This document shows positions 40,300 through 49,578 of a stretch of DNA of 64,000 nt, piece by piece. Source of the DNA: Treponemataceae bacterium (GTDB lineage: Bacteria; Spirochaetota; Spirochaetia; Treponematales; Rectinemataceae); NCBI GenBank assembly GCA_963667725.2, contig CAXXHO010000003.1, forward strand, positions 1,088,001 through 1,152,000. Reading direction: 5' to 3'. The translations under genes and the position numbers were made by a program. The notes under the pieces were generated by a model that did no database searches, was not told the origin of the DNA, and saw nothing but the letters and a program-made list of their open reading frames with translations. Positions within the stretch are counted from its first letter, which is position 1. Each line of letters opens with the position of its first letter.

Positions 40300-43098
40300 A
40301 TGAATCCTCATGATTTGCCCGTATACCAGCAGAAGGACAAGATCCTCGACGCGCTCAAGGAAAACCAGGTGATCGTCGTAGAGAGCCCCACCGGCTCAGG
40401 CAAGACGACACAGCTCCCCATAATACTGAACGAAGCCGGCTATGCCGACCACGGTCTCATAGGCGTGACCCAGCCCAGGCGCATCGCCGTGCTTTCGGTG
40501 AGCGATTTCATCGGCCGCCAGCTGGGTGACATAAAGCCTGGCATCGTGGGCTACAAGATGCGTTTCGAGGATGTCACTACCTCCTCGACGAAGATAAAGG
40601 TCATGACCGACGGCATTCTGCTCCAGGAAATGAAGCTCGATCCCTATCTCTCCAAATACGATGTGCTGATGGTGGACGAAGCCCACGAGCGCAGCCTCAA
40701 CATAGATTTCATCCTAGGGCTGCTGAAGAAGGTCCTGGAAGTCAGGCCTACGTTCAAGGTCATCGTTTCGTCCGCGACGATCAACGCCGAGGTGTTTTCG
40801 CAGTATTTCGGCGAGTGCCCCGTGGTCAAGATCGAGACGCAGACCTATCCCGTCACCCTGATCTACGACCCAATAGCCGAGCCGCCCGTTCAGGCTGAGG
40901 AAAGGTTCCGCGACTCTTTTTCGCGCGGACACGGCGGCAGGGACGGCCGCGATGGCCGTGACGGCGGAAGAAGGGACGGAAGGGACAGCCGGGGCGGCAG
41001 GGACAGCTCAGCGGGGAATCCAGGAGGTTCCGGCGCGCCCGCTTCGCCGCTTCGCTATAGCGATGAAGCGCTTTACGACAAGATCCTCTCCATTGTGACC
41101 CGCTCCCTCGAACAGAGGGAGGAAGGCGAGGCCGGAGACATGCTGATTTTCCTTCCGGGGGAGAAAACGATAAAGGAATGCGCCATGCGCATCGCGGGCA
41201 TTCCCCTCGCGTCCAAAATACACATCGTTCCCCTCTACGCGCGTCTGGGCAAGGACGAACAGGGAAAGGTCTTCGATCCAGCCCCCGAAGGCAAGACGAA
41301 GATCGTTATAGCGACCAATATCGCCGAAACCAGCGTCACGATAGACGGAATCACGGTCGTGATCGACTCGGGGCTCGCTAAGCTCAACTACTACAATCCG
41401 CGGACCTTCACGTCCAGCCTCATCGAGACGCCCATATCCAAAGCCTCCTGCAACCAGAGAAAGGGAAGGGCGGGGCGCACGAGGCCGGGCATATGCTACC
41501 GACTCTATCCCAGGAAGGAATTCGAGAACCGTCCGCTTTTCACGACGGAAGAGATATACCGGACCGACCTTTCGGAAGTCGTCCTCAGAATGGCCGAACT
41601 CGGAATTTCTGACTTCGCGAGTTTCGACTTCATCTCCAAGCCGCCCAAAAGCGGCATAGCCGGCGCCATAGACGTCCTCAACCTCCTAGATTCCCTCTCA
41701 GACGACCAAACCCTCTCCAAGATCGGCGAGATGATGTGCGCTTTCCCCCTCCTGCCCAGGCTTTCGCGCATGATCGTCGAATCCATAATGCATTATCCCG
41801 ACGTGATCCACGAAACCCTCGTGGCTTCGGCCTTCCTCTCCACGATGAGCCCCTATATCCTGCCGCCGGGCGAGGAAATGGAGGCCAGGAAGGCTCACCA
41901 CGCGTTCAGGGATCCCATGGGCGACTTCGTCTCATACCTACGCATATTCGACGCCTTCCAGGCCGCTCCCGACAAGACTCGTTTCTGCGAGAAGAACTAC
42001 CTGGACGAACGCACGATGCGCGAGATTGTCCGCATCAGGGAACAGCTCGAGATCATCGTGTCGGATATGGGCGTCCCCATCCTGCGGGGCGGATCGCTCT
42101 ACGACTATCTCTGCGCCGTCTCCAGGGGACTCATTCAGTTTGTCTGCGCGCGACAGGAACGCGGACTTTTCCGTTCTCTTACCGCCGAAAAGATTTCAAT
42201 CCACCCGGGCTCGGTCATGTTCCGGGAAAATCCCGACTTTATCGTCGCCGGCGAAATCGTGAGGACGACGCGCATGTACGCCATGTCCGTCTCTCCGCTT
42301 CCGCGCGACATACTCTCCAAGATTTCGCCCATAGTGGCCGAAAGGCTCCTCTCCATCGTCGACAGCCGAAAGGAAGAGGCGGTGGACGCCGGCAGGAAGG
42401 ATCGCGCCAAGCGCAGGCAGGCCGCCGAGGGCGAAGGCAGAAGCGAACCCCGCGATTTTACCGACAAGATCAAGCTCGGGGGACAGGTCTTCGACCTGGA
42501 AAAAACCTCCGGCAAGAAAAAAATGGCCATTCTGCCCTGGGAGACCTTCAAGATTGCGAGGGAAAATATCGACAGGGACGCCGGATCCGCCTACAAGGGG
42601 CTCCTGGGGACGGTGCGCTACAAGGGGTACCACCTTCTCGAGGGCGAAAAGCTGGAAACGATCATCAGAATTCAGGATTGGCTCGACCTGGAGAAAGATC
42701 TGGGCAGGAACTGGCCTCGAAGCGCGAATTTCGAGATTCAGCGCGGAGAAAAGGCGGAATCGACGGAAGGAGCCTTGGCGGCTTCCGCCGACGCCACTGG
42801 AACAGCGGCGCCATCCTTCAGTCATGAAAACCTCGAGAAGCTCGTCGACAATCTGGATCACGTGCTACAGGTCGCCATGCCCAAAGGCAAGGACAAGCGG
42901 CTCGGTTTCGTCACCCTCTATACCGACGGCGCCGGCGTCTTCTGGTTCAGGGTCTCGAAGGGCTTCCATACGGCCTTGAACGAGAGCATCTCGAGCCTGG
43001 AAAACCTGGCCGACGTGACCGCCGACGACAGTGTTTCCGCGGCGATGAAGGAAAAAATCGGTCTGCTCTACAGGAAACTGAGCGCCTTCTTCGAATAA
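40300..43098 (+). CDS. hrpA: DEAH-box RNA helicase HrpA
   Basis: GSGKTTQLP, TQPRRIA, DEAHERS, SAT, ATNIAETS, QRKGRAGR, HA2 and OB-like regions; start ATG 40300. Confidence 0.93.
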   Translation: MNPHDLPVYQQKDKILDALKENQVIVVESPTGSGKTTQLPIILNEAGYADHGLIGVTQPRRIAVLSVSDFIGRQLGDIKPGIVGYKMRFEDVTTSSTKIKVMTDGILLQEMKLDPYLSKYDVLMVDEAHERSLNIDFILGLLKKVLEVRPTFKVIVSSATINAEVFSQYFGECPVVKIETQTYPVTLIYDPIAEPPVQAEERFRDSFSRGHGGRDGRDGRDGGRRDGRDSRGGRDSSAGNPGGSGAPASPLRYSDEALYDKILSIVTRSLEQREEGEAGDMLIFLPGEKTIKECAMRIAGIPLASKIHIVPLYARLGKDEQGKVFDPAPEGKTKIVIATNIAETSVTIDGITVVIDSGLAKLNYYNPRTFTSSLIETPISKASCNQRKGRAGRTRPGICYRLYPRKEFENRPLFTTEEIYRTDLSEVVLRMAELGISDFASFDFISKPPKSGIAGAIDVLNLLDSLSDDQTLSKIGEMMCAFPLLPRLSRMIVESIMHYPDVIHETLVASAFLSTMSPYILPPGEEMEARKAHHAFRDPMGDFVSYLRIFDAFQAAPDKTRFCEKNYLDERTMREIVRIREQLEIIVSDMGVPILRGGSLYDYLCAVSRGLIQFVCARQERGLFRSLTAEKISIHPGSVMFRENPDFIVAGEIVRTTRMYAMSVSPLPRDILSKISPIVAERLLSIVDSRKEEAVDAGRKDRAKRRQAAEGEGRSEPRDFTDKIKLGGQVFDLEKTSGKKKMAILPWETFKIARENIDRDAGSAYKGLLGTVRYKGYHLLEGEKLETIIRIQDWLDLEKDLGRNWPRSANFEIQRGEKAESTEGALAASADATGTAAPSFSHENLEKLVDNLDHVLQVAMPKGKDKRLGFVTLYTDGAGVFWFRVSKGFHTALNESISSLENLADVTADDSVSAAMKEKIGLLYRKLSAFFE

Positions 43099-43180
43099 AC
43101 CAAACCGTCGGGCGGCGCCAGCTTTGGCGCCGCTTATTCTTACGCCGCCGCCTTGTCCGCCGCCCGCTCGGTTTGCCGCC

Positions 43181-43888
43181 TTACGACTTTCCCGTCTTCA
43201 GAAAATACAGCTCAAAAGCCTGACGGCTGGCCATCTTGGCCTTAGCCTCGAATTTCGTCTCAGGCCGCCATTCTATTTTAGGCGCGAATCCCTCGAATTT
43301 GTTGGCGACTCCGGCGCAGGAAGAGAGCAGTTCGAGCGTCGATTGACCGTACTCCTCGATATCGGTGACGAAATAGAGGTATCCCCCGGTCTTGAGGCGC
43401 GAGATCATGAGGTCGACAATCGGCTGGCGCATGAGCCTGCGCTTGTGATGACGTTTCTTGGGCCAGGGATCGGGATAGAAAACATGCAGGCCGGCCAGGC
43501 TATCCGCAGATACCATGTTCGCCAGGACCTCGACGGCGTCGTGCTGTATTATCTTCAGATTCTCCAGCTTATTCCCGCGAATTTCCATGATGAGCCTGCC
43601 GACTCCCGGACTGTGCACCTCGACGCCTAAGTAATTGAAATCGTTGCGGTCCTTGGCTATCTGCCATGTAGCCTGGCCCATGCCGAAACCGATCTCCATC
43701 ACGAGAGGCTGGGGCAGGGGAAAGAGTCCGGGAAGGTCGACGGGATGGCTGTCGTAGGGGAGGATGTACTCGGGACCAAACTCATCGATCGCCTGCCGCT
43801 GCGCGTCCGTCATTCTTCCGGATCGCAGGACGTAGGTTCTGATGAGGCCGGATACATTCTCCCTCAAGTTTTCCGGCTGATCGGTCAT
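43181..43888 (-). CDS. trmB: tRNA (guanine-N7)-methyltransferase
   Basis: EIGFGMG, GVEVH, PDPWPKKRHHKRR, TKFE. Confidence 0.96.
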   Translation of the reverse strand: MTDQPENLRENVSGLIRTYVLRSGRMTDAQRQAIDEFGPEYILPYDSHPVDLPGLFPLPQPLVMEIGFGMGQATWQIAKDRNDFNYLGVEVHSPGVGRLIMEIRGNKLENLKIIQHDAVEVLANMVSADSLAGLHVFYPDPWPKKRHHKRRLMRQPIVDLMISRLKTGGYLYFVTDIEEYGQSTLELLSSCAGVANKFEGFAPKIEWRPETKFEAKAKMASRQAFELYFLKTGKS

Positions 43889-45204
43889 TCCTTGGCACCG
43901 CCCAGGAAAACGGCCAGCTCGTTGAAGTCGGTGAAGGCGATCGTCGATCTTTTCACGAGGTCGCGGAGCGGAAACTGCCCCTCGGCGAGACTCGATTCAT
44001 CCAGGAGAAGGGCATAGGGAACGCCTTTCTTTTCAGCGTAGCCATATTGGGCGATCAGCTTTTTCGGTTCCGGGTAGACTTCAGCCGAAATGCCCCTGGC
44101 GCGAAGCCGCGAGGCCAAGGCATGCAGGCTTTTGAGATTGGCATCTCCCTGATTGGCCAGGAGAACCTTGGGATCGCTCGTGCCCGCCACCGATTTGCCC
44201 ATGGCGTCCAGGGCCGCGAGAAGTCGGTCGAGTCCGACGGAAGCGCCTACGCCGGGCAGCTGCTTTGTCGTGTAAAGACCGGCGAGCTCGTTGTAGCGCC
44301 CGCCCGAGCAGATGGAGCCGATCTTGGGCAGATCTTTCAGGAAAGTCTCGAAAACCACCCCGGTATAGTAGTCGAGGCCTCTTGTTATGCTCGGGTCCAG
44401 ATAGATTGAATCCGAAAATCCGGCGAACTGTGCTATTTCGTATACATCTGAAAGTCGATTGCGCGCCGCGATAGCTTCCTCGTCGTCGGATTTGCAGAAT
44501 CCGAACATTTTATCGAGGGTTTTCGTGAAGCTGTCTTCGGGCTCTATGAAGTTCAGGATGCCGGATGCCATGGCCGCGCCCACTTCGGCCGACAGGAGGG
44601 CAAAGGTTTCGTCCTTGCCGATTTTTTCAAGCTTGTCCACGGTGCGCAGTATGAATACCGATTTGTCGGCGCAGCCGGCGGCGGCCAGGAAGCGGTTGAA
44701 AAGCCCCCTGTGGTTGATCCTAATCCGCACTGGACCCACTTCCAGGGATTTCATCGCGTTGGCTATCACGAGGACTATGTCGGCATCGGCCGACGCGGAA
44801 TCCGTGCCTACGATGTCGAAGTCGCACTGCATGAACTCCCTGTAGCGCCCTCGCTGGGTGTTTTCGCCTCTCCAGACCTTGGCGATGTGGAAACGCCGGA
44901 AGGGAAGGTAGAGCTCCTCCACGTGTTCGGCCATGAACCTGGCGAAGGGAATGGTCAGGTCGAAACGGAGGGCGACATCGCGGCCGCCATTATCGTTGAA
45001 ACGGTAGACCTGCTTGTCCGTTTCCCCGCCGCCCTTGCCGAGGAGAATTTCGGAATACTCGAGGGCAGGCGTATCGATCGGCACAAAACCATAGGATTGG
45101 AATGTTTTTTCCAGTTTCTTGACGAGGGAAGCGCGGGCGCGCTCGGCGTCCGGAAGATAGTCCCGGAATCCTTTAAGGACTCGCGGCTCGATTATGTCAG
45201 ACAT
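43885..45204 (-). CDS. hisS: Histidine--tRNA ligase
   Basis: LRFDLT, WRGENTQRGRYREFMQCD, RGLDYYTG, GGRY. Confidence 0.97.
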   Translation of the reverse strand: MSDIIEPRVLKGFRDYLPDAERARASLVKKLEKTFQSYGFVPIDTPALEYSEILLGKGGGETDKQVYRFNDNGGRDVALRFDLTIPFARFMAEHVEELYLPFRRFHIAKVWRGENTQRGRYREFMQCDFDIVGTDSASADADIVLVIANAMKSLEVGPVRIRINHRGLFNRFLAAAGCADKSVFILRTVDKLEKIGKDETFALLSAEVGAAMASGILNFIEPEDSFTKTLDKMFGFCKSDDEEAIAARNRLSDVYEIAQFAGFSDSIYLDPSITRGLDYYTGVVFETFLKDLPKIGSICSGGRYNELAGLYTTKQLPGVGASVGLDRLLAALDAMGKSVAGTSDPKVLLANQGDANLKSLHALASRLRARGISAEVYPEPKKLIAQYGYAEKKGVPYALLLDESSLAEGQFPLRDLVKRSTIAFTDFNELAVFLGGAKE

Positions 45205-45300
45205 TTTTCCTCCACTGAAAATTCAGGGCCCAATTATGGGAAATTCCTGGAGCAATTGCAAGTATTGCATAAGAATGACTAAACATGCTATAAAAATGTT

Positions 45301-45384
45301 CCCTCTTTATCCAATCCGACCCATCGGGCCGCGGTTGAATCAAGTGCTCTCCGTATGGAGGGTAAGGTCCACAAGGAGGAAAGA
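45301..45384 (+). promoter_or_regulatory. Candidate S6:S18 autoregulatory leader of the rpsF operon
   Basis: Hairpin followed by GGGCCGC, and GTCCACAAGGAGG overlapping the SD; promoter TTGCAT-18 nt-TATAAA at 45265-45294. Confidence 0.45.
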
Positions 45385-45666
45385 ATGAGACCATATGAGA
45401 TTGTCGTAGTCCTGCCTTCGGAAGAAGAAGCGTTCCGCAAAGGCAAGGAAGCCGTGGCGATTGATCTGGCGCAGATCAATGCAGCCGACATCAAGGAAGA
45501 GGATATGGGAGACCGTATTCTGGCCTATTCCATCAAAAAGAAAGACCGCGGACATTACATCCTGTACCGCGCGAATCTCGACCCGCAGAGCGTCATTCCC
45601 CTGGAGAGATCATTCAAGCTCAACACCAGCGTTCTGAAGTATCTTTTGGTCAAAGTCGAAGCTTAA
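45385..45666 (+). CDS. rpsF: 30S ribosomal protein S6
   Basis: MRPYEIV, MGDRILAYSIKK..RGHY; first gene of rpsF-ssb-rpsR. Confidence 0.94.
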   Translation: MRPYEIVVVLPSEEEAFRKGKEAVAIDLAQINAADIKEEDMGDRILAYSIKKKDRGHYILYRANLDPQSVIPLERSFKLNTSVLKYLLVKVEA

Positions 45667-45681
45667 GTCGGGGAGGCCTAT

Positions 45682-46143
45682 ATGCGCGACATAAATGTCG
45701 TGGTTCTGGTGGGAAGACTCACGAGGGATTCCGAACTCAAATACACGAAATCGGGAATGCCGATCGCGCGCTTTTCCATAGCGGTCAACCGCTCGAGGAA
45801 ACAGGGCGAGGAATGGGTCGACGAGACCAGCTTCTTCGAGATCGATTTTTGGGGCAAGGGAGCCGAAGCGGTGAATCGCTACCTGACAAAAGGCCAGCAA
45901 GTCGGCGTCGAGGGGGAACTGAGGCAGGATCGCTGGGAGCAGGACGGGCAGCCGCGCAACAAGGTTGTCGTCAACGCCAGCAATGTCCGGCTTCTCGGAA
46001 ACGCCCCGTCGGGGCAGGGAAACGGCGGCTACCAGAAACCGCAGCAGAAGGCGGCGCCCTATGAGGGCGGAGCCGAGCAGCCAGCGGGGGGGAGCCAGAC
46101 CGCGCCCGCCGTCGATACCTTTGACGATGATATTCCTTTCTGA
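45682..46143 (+). CDS. ssb: Single-stranded DNA-binding protein
   Basis: [20 protein letters not shown]-terminal DDDIPF. Confidence 0.97.
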   Translation: MRDINVVVLVGRLTRDSELKYTKSGMPIARFSIAVNRSRKQGEEWVDETSFFEIDFWGKGAEAVNRYLTKGQQVGVEGELRQDRWEQDGQPRNKVVVNASNVRLLGNAPSGQGNGGYQKPQQKAAPYEGGAEQPAGGSQTAPAVDTFDDDIPF

Positions 46144-46169
46144 TACGAAGCTATAATAGGAGAAATGCA

Positions 46170-46478
46170 ATGTCAGATATGAAAGATGATGTAAGGGGCG
46201 GTCGTTCCGACGATCAGGGCGATAACCGCAGGGATGACGATCGTTCGAGCGGTCCGCGCAAGGGCAAGGGATTCTTCAAGAAGAAGGTCTGCAAGTTCTG
46301 CACCCAGAAAGCCCATATCGATTACAAAGACTCGGATACCTTGAGGCGCTATACGACGGAGCGCGGGAAGATCCTGCCTCGCCGCATCACCGGTACCTGT
46401 TCGAAGCATCAGCGCGCGCTCGCCGTCAACATAAAGCGGGCGAGAGCCTTGGCGCTTCTTCCCTACGTCGTGAAATAA
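46170..46478 (+). CDS. rpsR: 30S ribosomal protein S18 (Cys-containing form, N-terminal extension)
   Basis: [35 protein letters not shown]. Confidence 0.97.
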   Translation: MSDMKDDVRGGRSDDQGDNRRDDDRSSGPRKGKGFFKKKVCKFCTQKAHIDYKDSDTLRRYTTERGKILPRRITGTCSKHQRALAVNIKRARALALLPYVVK

Positions 46479-46493
46479 GCCCGGAGATCAGAT

Positions 46494-47480
46494 GTGAACG
46501 GACGCGCTTTGCTGACCAGGAACAGGGAGCTGCTGCTTGACGCCTCGGCGGGATTACTGTCGGGCTTCATCTACCTCTCCTATGTTCTCTCATTCGCTTT
46601 TCTCATACCGGTGCAGCATGCGTTTGCCGGCAGAGGAAGGAAATCTGGTCTCATAGCCGCGGCTTTTTCGTTTCTCGCCATAGCGATCGGACAGATCGCC
46701 AGAATGCTTGAAATAAAAACGCTCGACCCGCTGGTCATTATCGCGGGCGTCCTTCCTCCTCTCCTGCTTCTTGCCGCCATCTGGTTTGTCAACGCGCAGA
46801 TAGGAAAAACGGGAGCGGGCGGTAAAATCCTTATCGCCGTCCTCATCCTGTCGGCCATTGCCGCGCCATTCGTGATAAAAGCCACATCAGACAAGAGTTT
46901 TTCGGCCTGGATGATAGAGTATATCGGTTCAGCCATGAAATCCTCCGGTCTGGAAGGAGACGGCGAGGCCTATGCGCGCGCCGCCGTGAACGCCGCGATC
47001 GCCGTCATACAGTCGGGATTCGCGGCCATCATCCTGTGGATTCTCGCGGGAAGCTGGTGGCTTGGATCTTACATTGCCGCACGCGCAGCCATTCGTCAGA
47101 AAACCGCCGATGAGAGCGTCTTCGCTTCCATCAGGCTCTCTCGTTTGCGCGTTCCTTCCTTGGCGCTCTGGCCGACGCTGCTGTCCTGGGTACTGCTTTT
47201 CGCCGTACTCATAACGAAGCAGACCGGCCTCGTGTCCGCCCTGGTCTGGAACATCTCGCTGTGCCTGGCATCTCTCTACGCCATGCAGGGGATCGGAATC
47301 ATCTCGCATCTTTCGCGGCAGTTCAACGCGACCCGTATCGTGCGCTTGCTGGCGCCGCTCGCCGTAATGGCGATCGCGCTGAGCAACACCGCGGGCGCTA
47401 TCATATTTATTACGTTGCCCATATTGGGCATTACCGAGGTATGGCTTCCATACCGCAACGTAAAAGGAGCCTTGAAATGA
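46494..47480 (+). CDS. DUF2232/YybS-like membrane protein
   Basis: About 9 TMs, LYAMQGIG motif; lies between rpsR and rplI. Confidence 0.75.
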   Translation: MNGRALLTRNRELLLDASAGLLSGFIYLSYVLSFAFLIPVQHAFAGRGRKSGLIAAAFSFLAIAIGQIARMLEIKTLDPLVIIAGVLPPLLLLAAIWFVNAQIGKTGAGGKILIAVLILSAIAAPFVIKATSDKSFSAWMIEYIGSAMKSSGLEGDGEAYARAAVNAAIAVIQSGFAAIILWILAGSWWLGSYIAARAAIRQKTADESVFASIRLSRLRVPSLALWPTLLSWVLLFAVLITKQTGLVSALVWNISLCLASLYAMQGIGIISHLSRQFNATRIVRLLAPLAVMAIALSNTAGAIIFITLPILGITEVWLPYRNVKGALK

Positions 47481-48064
47481 AAATTATCCTGAACCAAGAC
47501 GTCCCGAACTTAGGCGAGATTGGCGATGTCAAGGATGTTGCGCCTGGTTACGCGAGAAACTACCTGCTTCCACGCGGTCTGGCTTCCGTGTACAACACCA
47601 AGACCGTAGCTCTATTCGCGAAGAAGAAGAACGAAATCGACGCCATCAAGGAAGCCAAGAGGCTTTCATCCACCTCGCTCAAGGAAAAGCTTGAAGCCGA
47701 GGAAATTTCCATCGCCATGCCCGCGGGCGCGAACGGCAAGCTCTATGGCGCCGTGAACAACGCTATGGTGGCCGACGAGCTTCTCAAGAAAGGAATCGAA
47801 ATCGACCGCAAGAAGATCGAAGTTCCCGGAAGGGCGATCAAGAGCGTGGGCAACTACAAAGTGATCGTTCGCCTTTATGAGAAGGAAGAAGCTGTGGTCA
47901 AGCTTTCCATCACCGGCCAGGAAGTCAAGGCCGAGAAGACGGAAGACAGCGACCAGCCCAAGAAGCAGCGCGTGCGGAGAGTCAGGGCCGAAGCGGCCGA
48001 ACCCGTCACCGATGAGGAACAGGCTGCCGCTTTCGAAGCCGCTATCAACGCCGGACAGATGTAA
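47477..48064 (+). CDS. rplI: 50S ribosomal protein L9
   Basis: MKIILNQDVPNLG, VAPGYARNYLLPRG, GKLYGAV; AGGAG before ATG 47477. Confidence 0.97.
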   Translation: MKIILNQDVPNLGEIGDVKDVAPGYARNYLLPRGLASVYNTKTVALFAKKKNEIDAIKEAKRLSSTSLKEKLEAEEISIAMPAGANGKLYGAVNNAMVADELLKKGIEIDRKKIEVPGRAIKSVGNYKVIVRLYEKEEAVVKLSITGQEVKAEKTEDSDQPKKQRVRRVRAEAAEPVTDEEQAAAFEAAINAGQM

Positions 48065-48138
48065 ACGGATGTAAACGGCCCTGCGCCGCTGGATTTTGAT
48101 ACTATGGGGCGCGGGAGTCCGACTCGCGCGCCTTATGG

Positions 48139-48194
48139 GGCATCTTGTACCTCGGATTCTTAAAAAGATTCCGGATACTCGATGCCTTTTTTTT
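48139..48194 (+). terminator. Probable terminator after rplI
   Basis: Long imperfect hairpin closed by GGCATC/GATGCC, followed by T8. Confidence 0.55.
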
Positions 48195-48232
48195 AGTTCT
48201 ATCGTATAATTCGGATTCGAAAGGGGTAGCCG

Positions 48233-49573
48233 ATGACGCCTGTTTCCCTGAAAGACAAGATACCGCCCAACAACCAGGAAGCCGAGCAGGCCTGCCTGGG
48301 CGCCCTGCTTCTCGATCCGGACGCGCTCGGCGTTGTCTTGCGCTATATCCGCGCCGACGACTTCTACCTCAGCACCCATGCCGAGATTTATTCCGCGATC
48401 ATAGCGCTCCATGAAAAAGGGCAGAAAGCCGATCTCATCACCCTCACCGAGGAGATGAAGCAGGCCGGCAGCCTGGATAAAGCCGGGGGGCCGGGCTATA
48501 TCGCCAACCTCACGTCGATGACGCCTTCGGCCGCCAACGTCGAATACTACGCGCAGATAATCCAGGAGATGTCGACCCGCAGAAACCTCATCCGCCTGTC
48601 TTCCCTCGTCACCTCGCTGGCCTATGACGATACCACAGAAACAGGCCCCATCCTTGACGAGATACAGTCCAAGATTTTCGAGATTACGCAGAACAGGCGC
48701 ACCGCCTCGTATCATTCCATAAAGGACCTGATCCCAGAGCTCATTACTGTCATAGAGCAGCTGAGCAACAATCCCAACGCCTTCACGGGAATTCCTTCCG
48801 GCCTCACCGACCTGGACGCCATGACCTCGGGATTCCAGAACTCGGAATTCATCGTCATCGGCGCGCGCCCTTCGGTGGGAAAAACGGCCCTGGCCCTCAC
48901 GATAGCCAGCCATATCGCCATAAACTGCAAGATTCCTGCCGCCTTCTTCTCGCTGGAAATGTCGGAACACGCCCTCATGAACAGGATAATATCGTCAGAG
49001 GCCCAGGTTCCCGGCGAACGCATAAGGACGGGAAGGCTGAGAAGCTCGGACCTGAACGATCTGATGGATGCCGCGGGGAGAATCTACGAAGCCCCGCTCT
49101 ATATCGTCGACATGCCCAACATGAAGTTGCTCGAGCTTCGCACGATGGCGCGGCGCCTCGTGCTCGAGCGCTCCGTCAAGATAATATTCGTGGATTATAT
49201 TACGCTGATAACGCACGAGAACGCCGAACTGCCGCGCTGGGAACAGATATCCGCGATATCGAGATCGCTGAAATCGCTGGCGCGCGAACTGGACATTCCC
49301 ATCGTCGCCCTGTCCCAGCTGAAGCGCGAGGCCGAGGGAAAGCAGCCGAACCTTTCGGACGTGCGTGAGTCGGGCTCCATCGAGCAGGATGCCGACCTCA
49401 TACTTTTCCTTCACAGGGACCGGGAAATCAACAAGACGGCGGATCAGCGTTCGGAACAGATAGAAACCGAGCTGATCGTGGCCAAGCAGAGAAACGGACC
49501 CATCGGCAAGGCGAATGTCTGGTTCAAACCGGCCTTCGCTAAATTCGTCAACATGGAAAAGCACGGCCGCTGA
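48233..49573 (+). CDS. dnaB: Replicative DNA helicase
   Basis: EAEQACLG, GARPSVGKT, FSLEMS, SLKSLAREL, RESGSIEQDAD, KQRNGP. Confidence 0.97.
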   Translation: MTPVSLKDKIPPNNQEAEQACLGALLLDPDALGVVLRYIRADDFYLSTHAEIYSAIIALHEKGQKADLITLTEEMKQAGSLDKAGGPGYIANLTSMTPSAANVEYYAQIIQEMSTRRNLIRLSSLVTSLAYDDTTETGPILDEIQSKIFEITQNRRTASYHSIKDLIPELITVIEQLSNNPNAFTGIPSGLTDLDAMTSGFQNSEFIVIGARPSVGKTALALTIASHIAINCKIPAAFFSLEMSEHALMNRIISSEAQVPGERIRTGRLRSSDLNDLMDAAGRIYEAPLYIVDMPNMKLLELRTMARRLVLERSVKIIFVDYITLITHENAELPRWEQISAISRSLKSLARELDIPIVALSQLKREAEGKQPNLSDVRESGSIEQDADLILFLHRDREINKTADQRSEQIETELIVAKQRNGPIGKANVWFKPAFAKFVNMEKHGR

Positions 49574-49578
49574 GTCTG

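Noticed and set aside
41736..42827. Long alternative-frame ORFs (also 7-981, 8627-9571, 19637-20566, 47666-48970, 52094-53026, 53487-54395)
   Set aside because: They lie mostly within well-supported genes and have no recognisable motifs; such ORFs are expected in GC-rich coding DNA.
47261..47476. Apparent 72-aa N-terminal extension of L9
   Set aside because: It overlaps the DUF2232-like gene; the canonical MKIIL start with AGGAG SD is at 47477.
48058..48077. 10-nt tandem duplication GATGTAAACG across the rplI stop codon
   Set aside because: Short, two copies, no coding effect and no inserted element between them, so it is not a target-site duplication.
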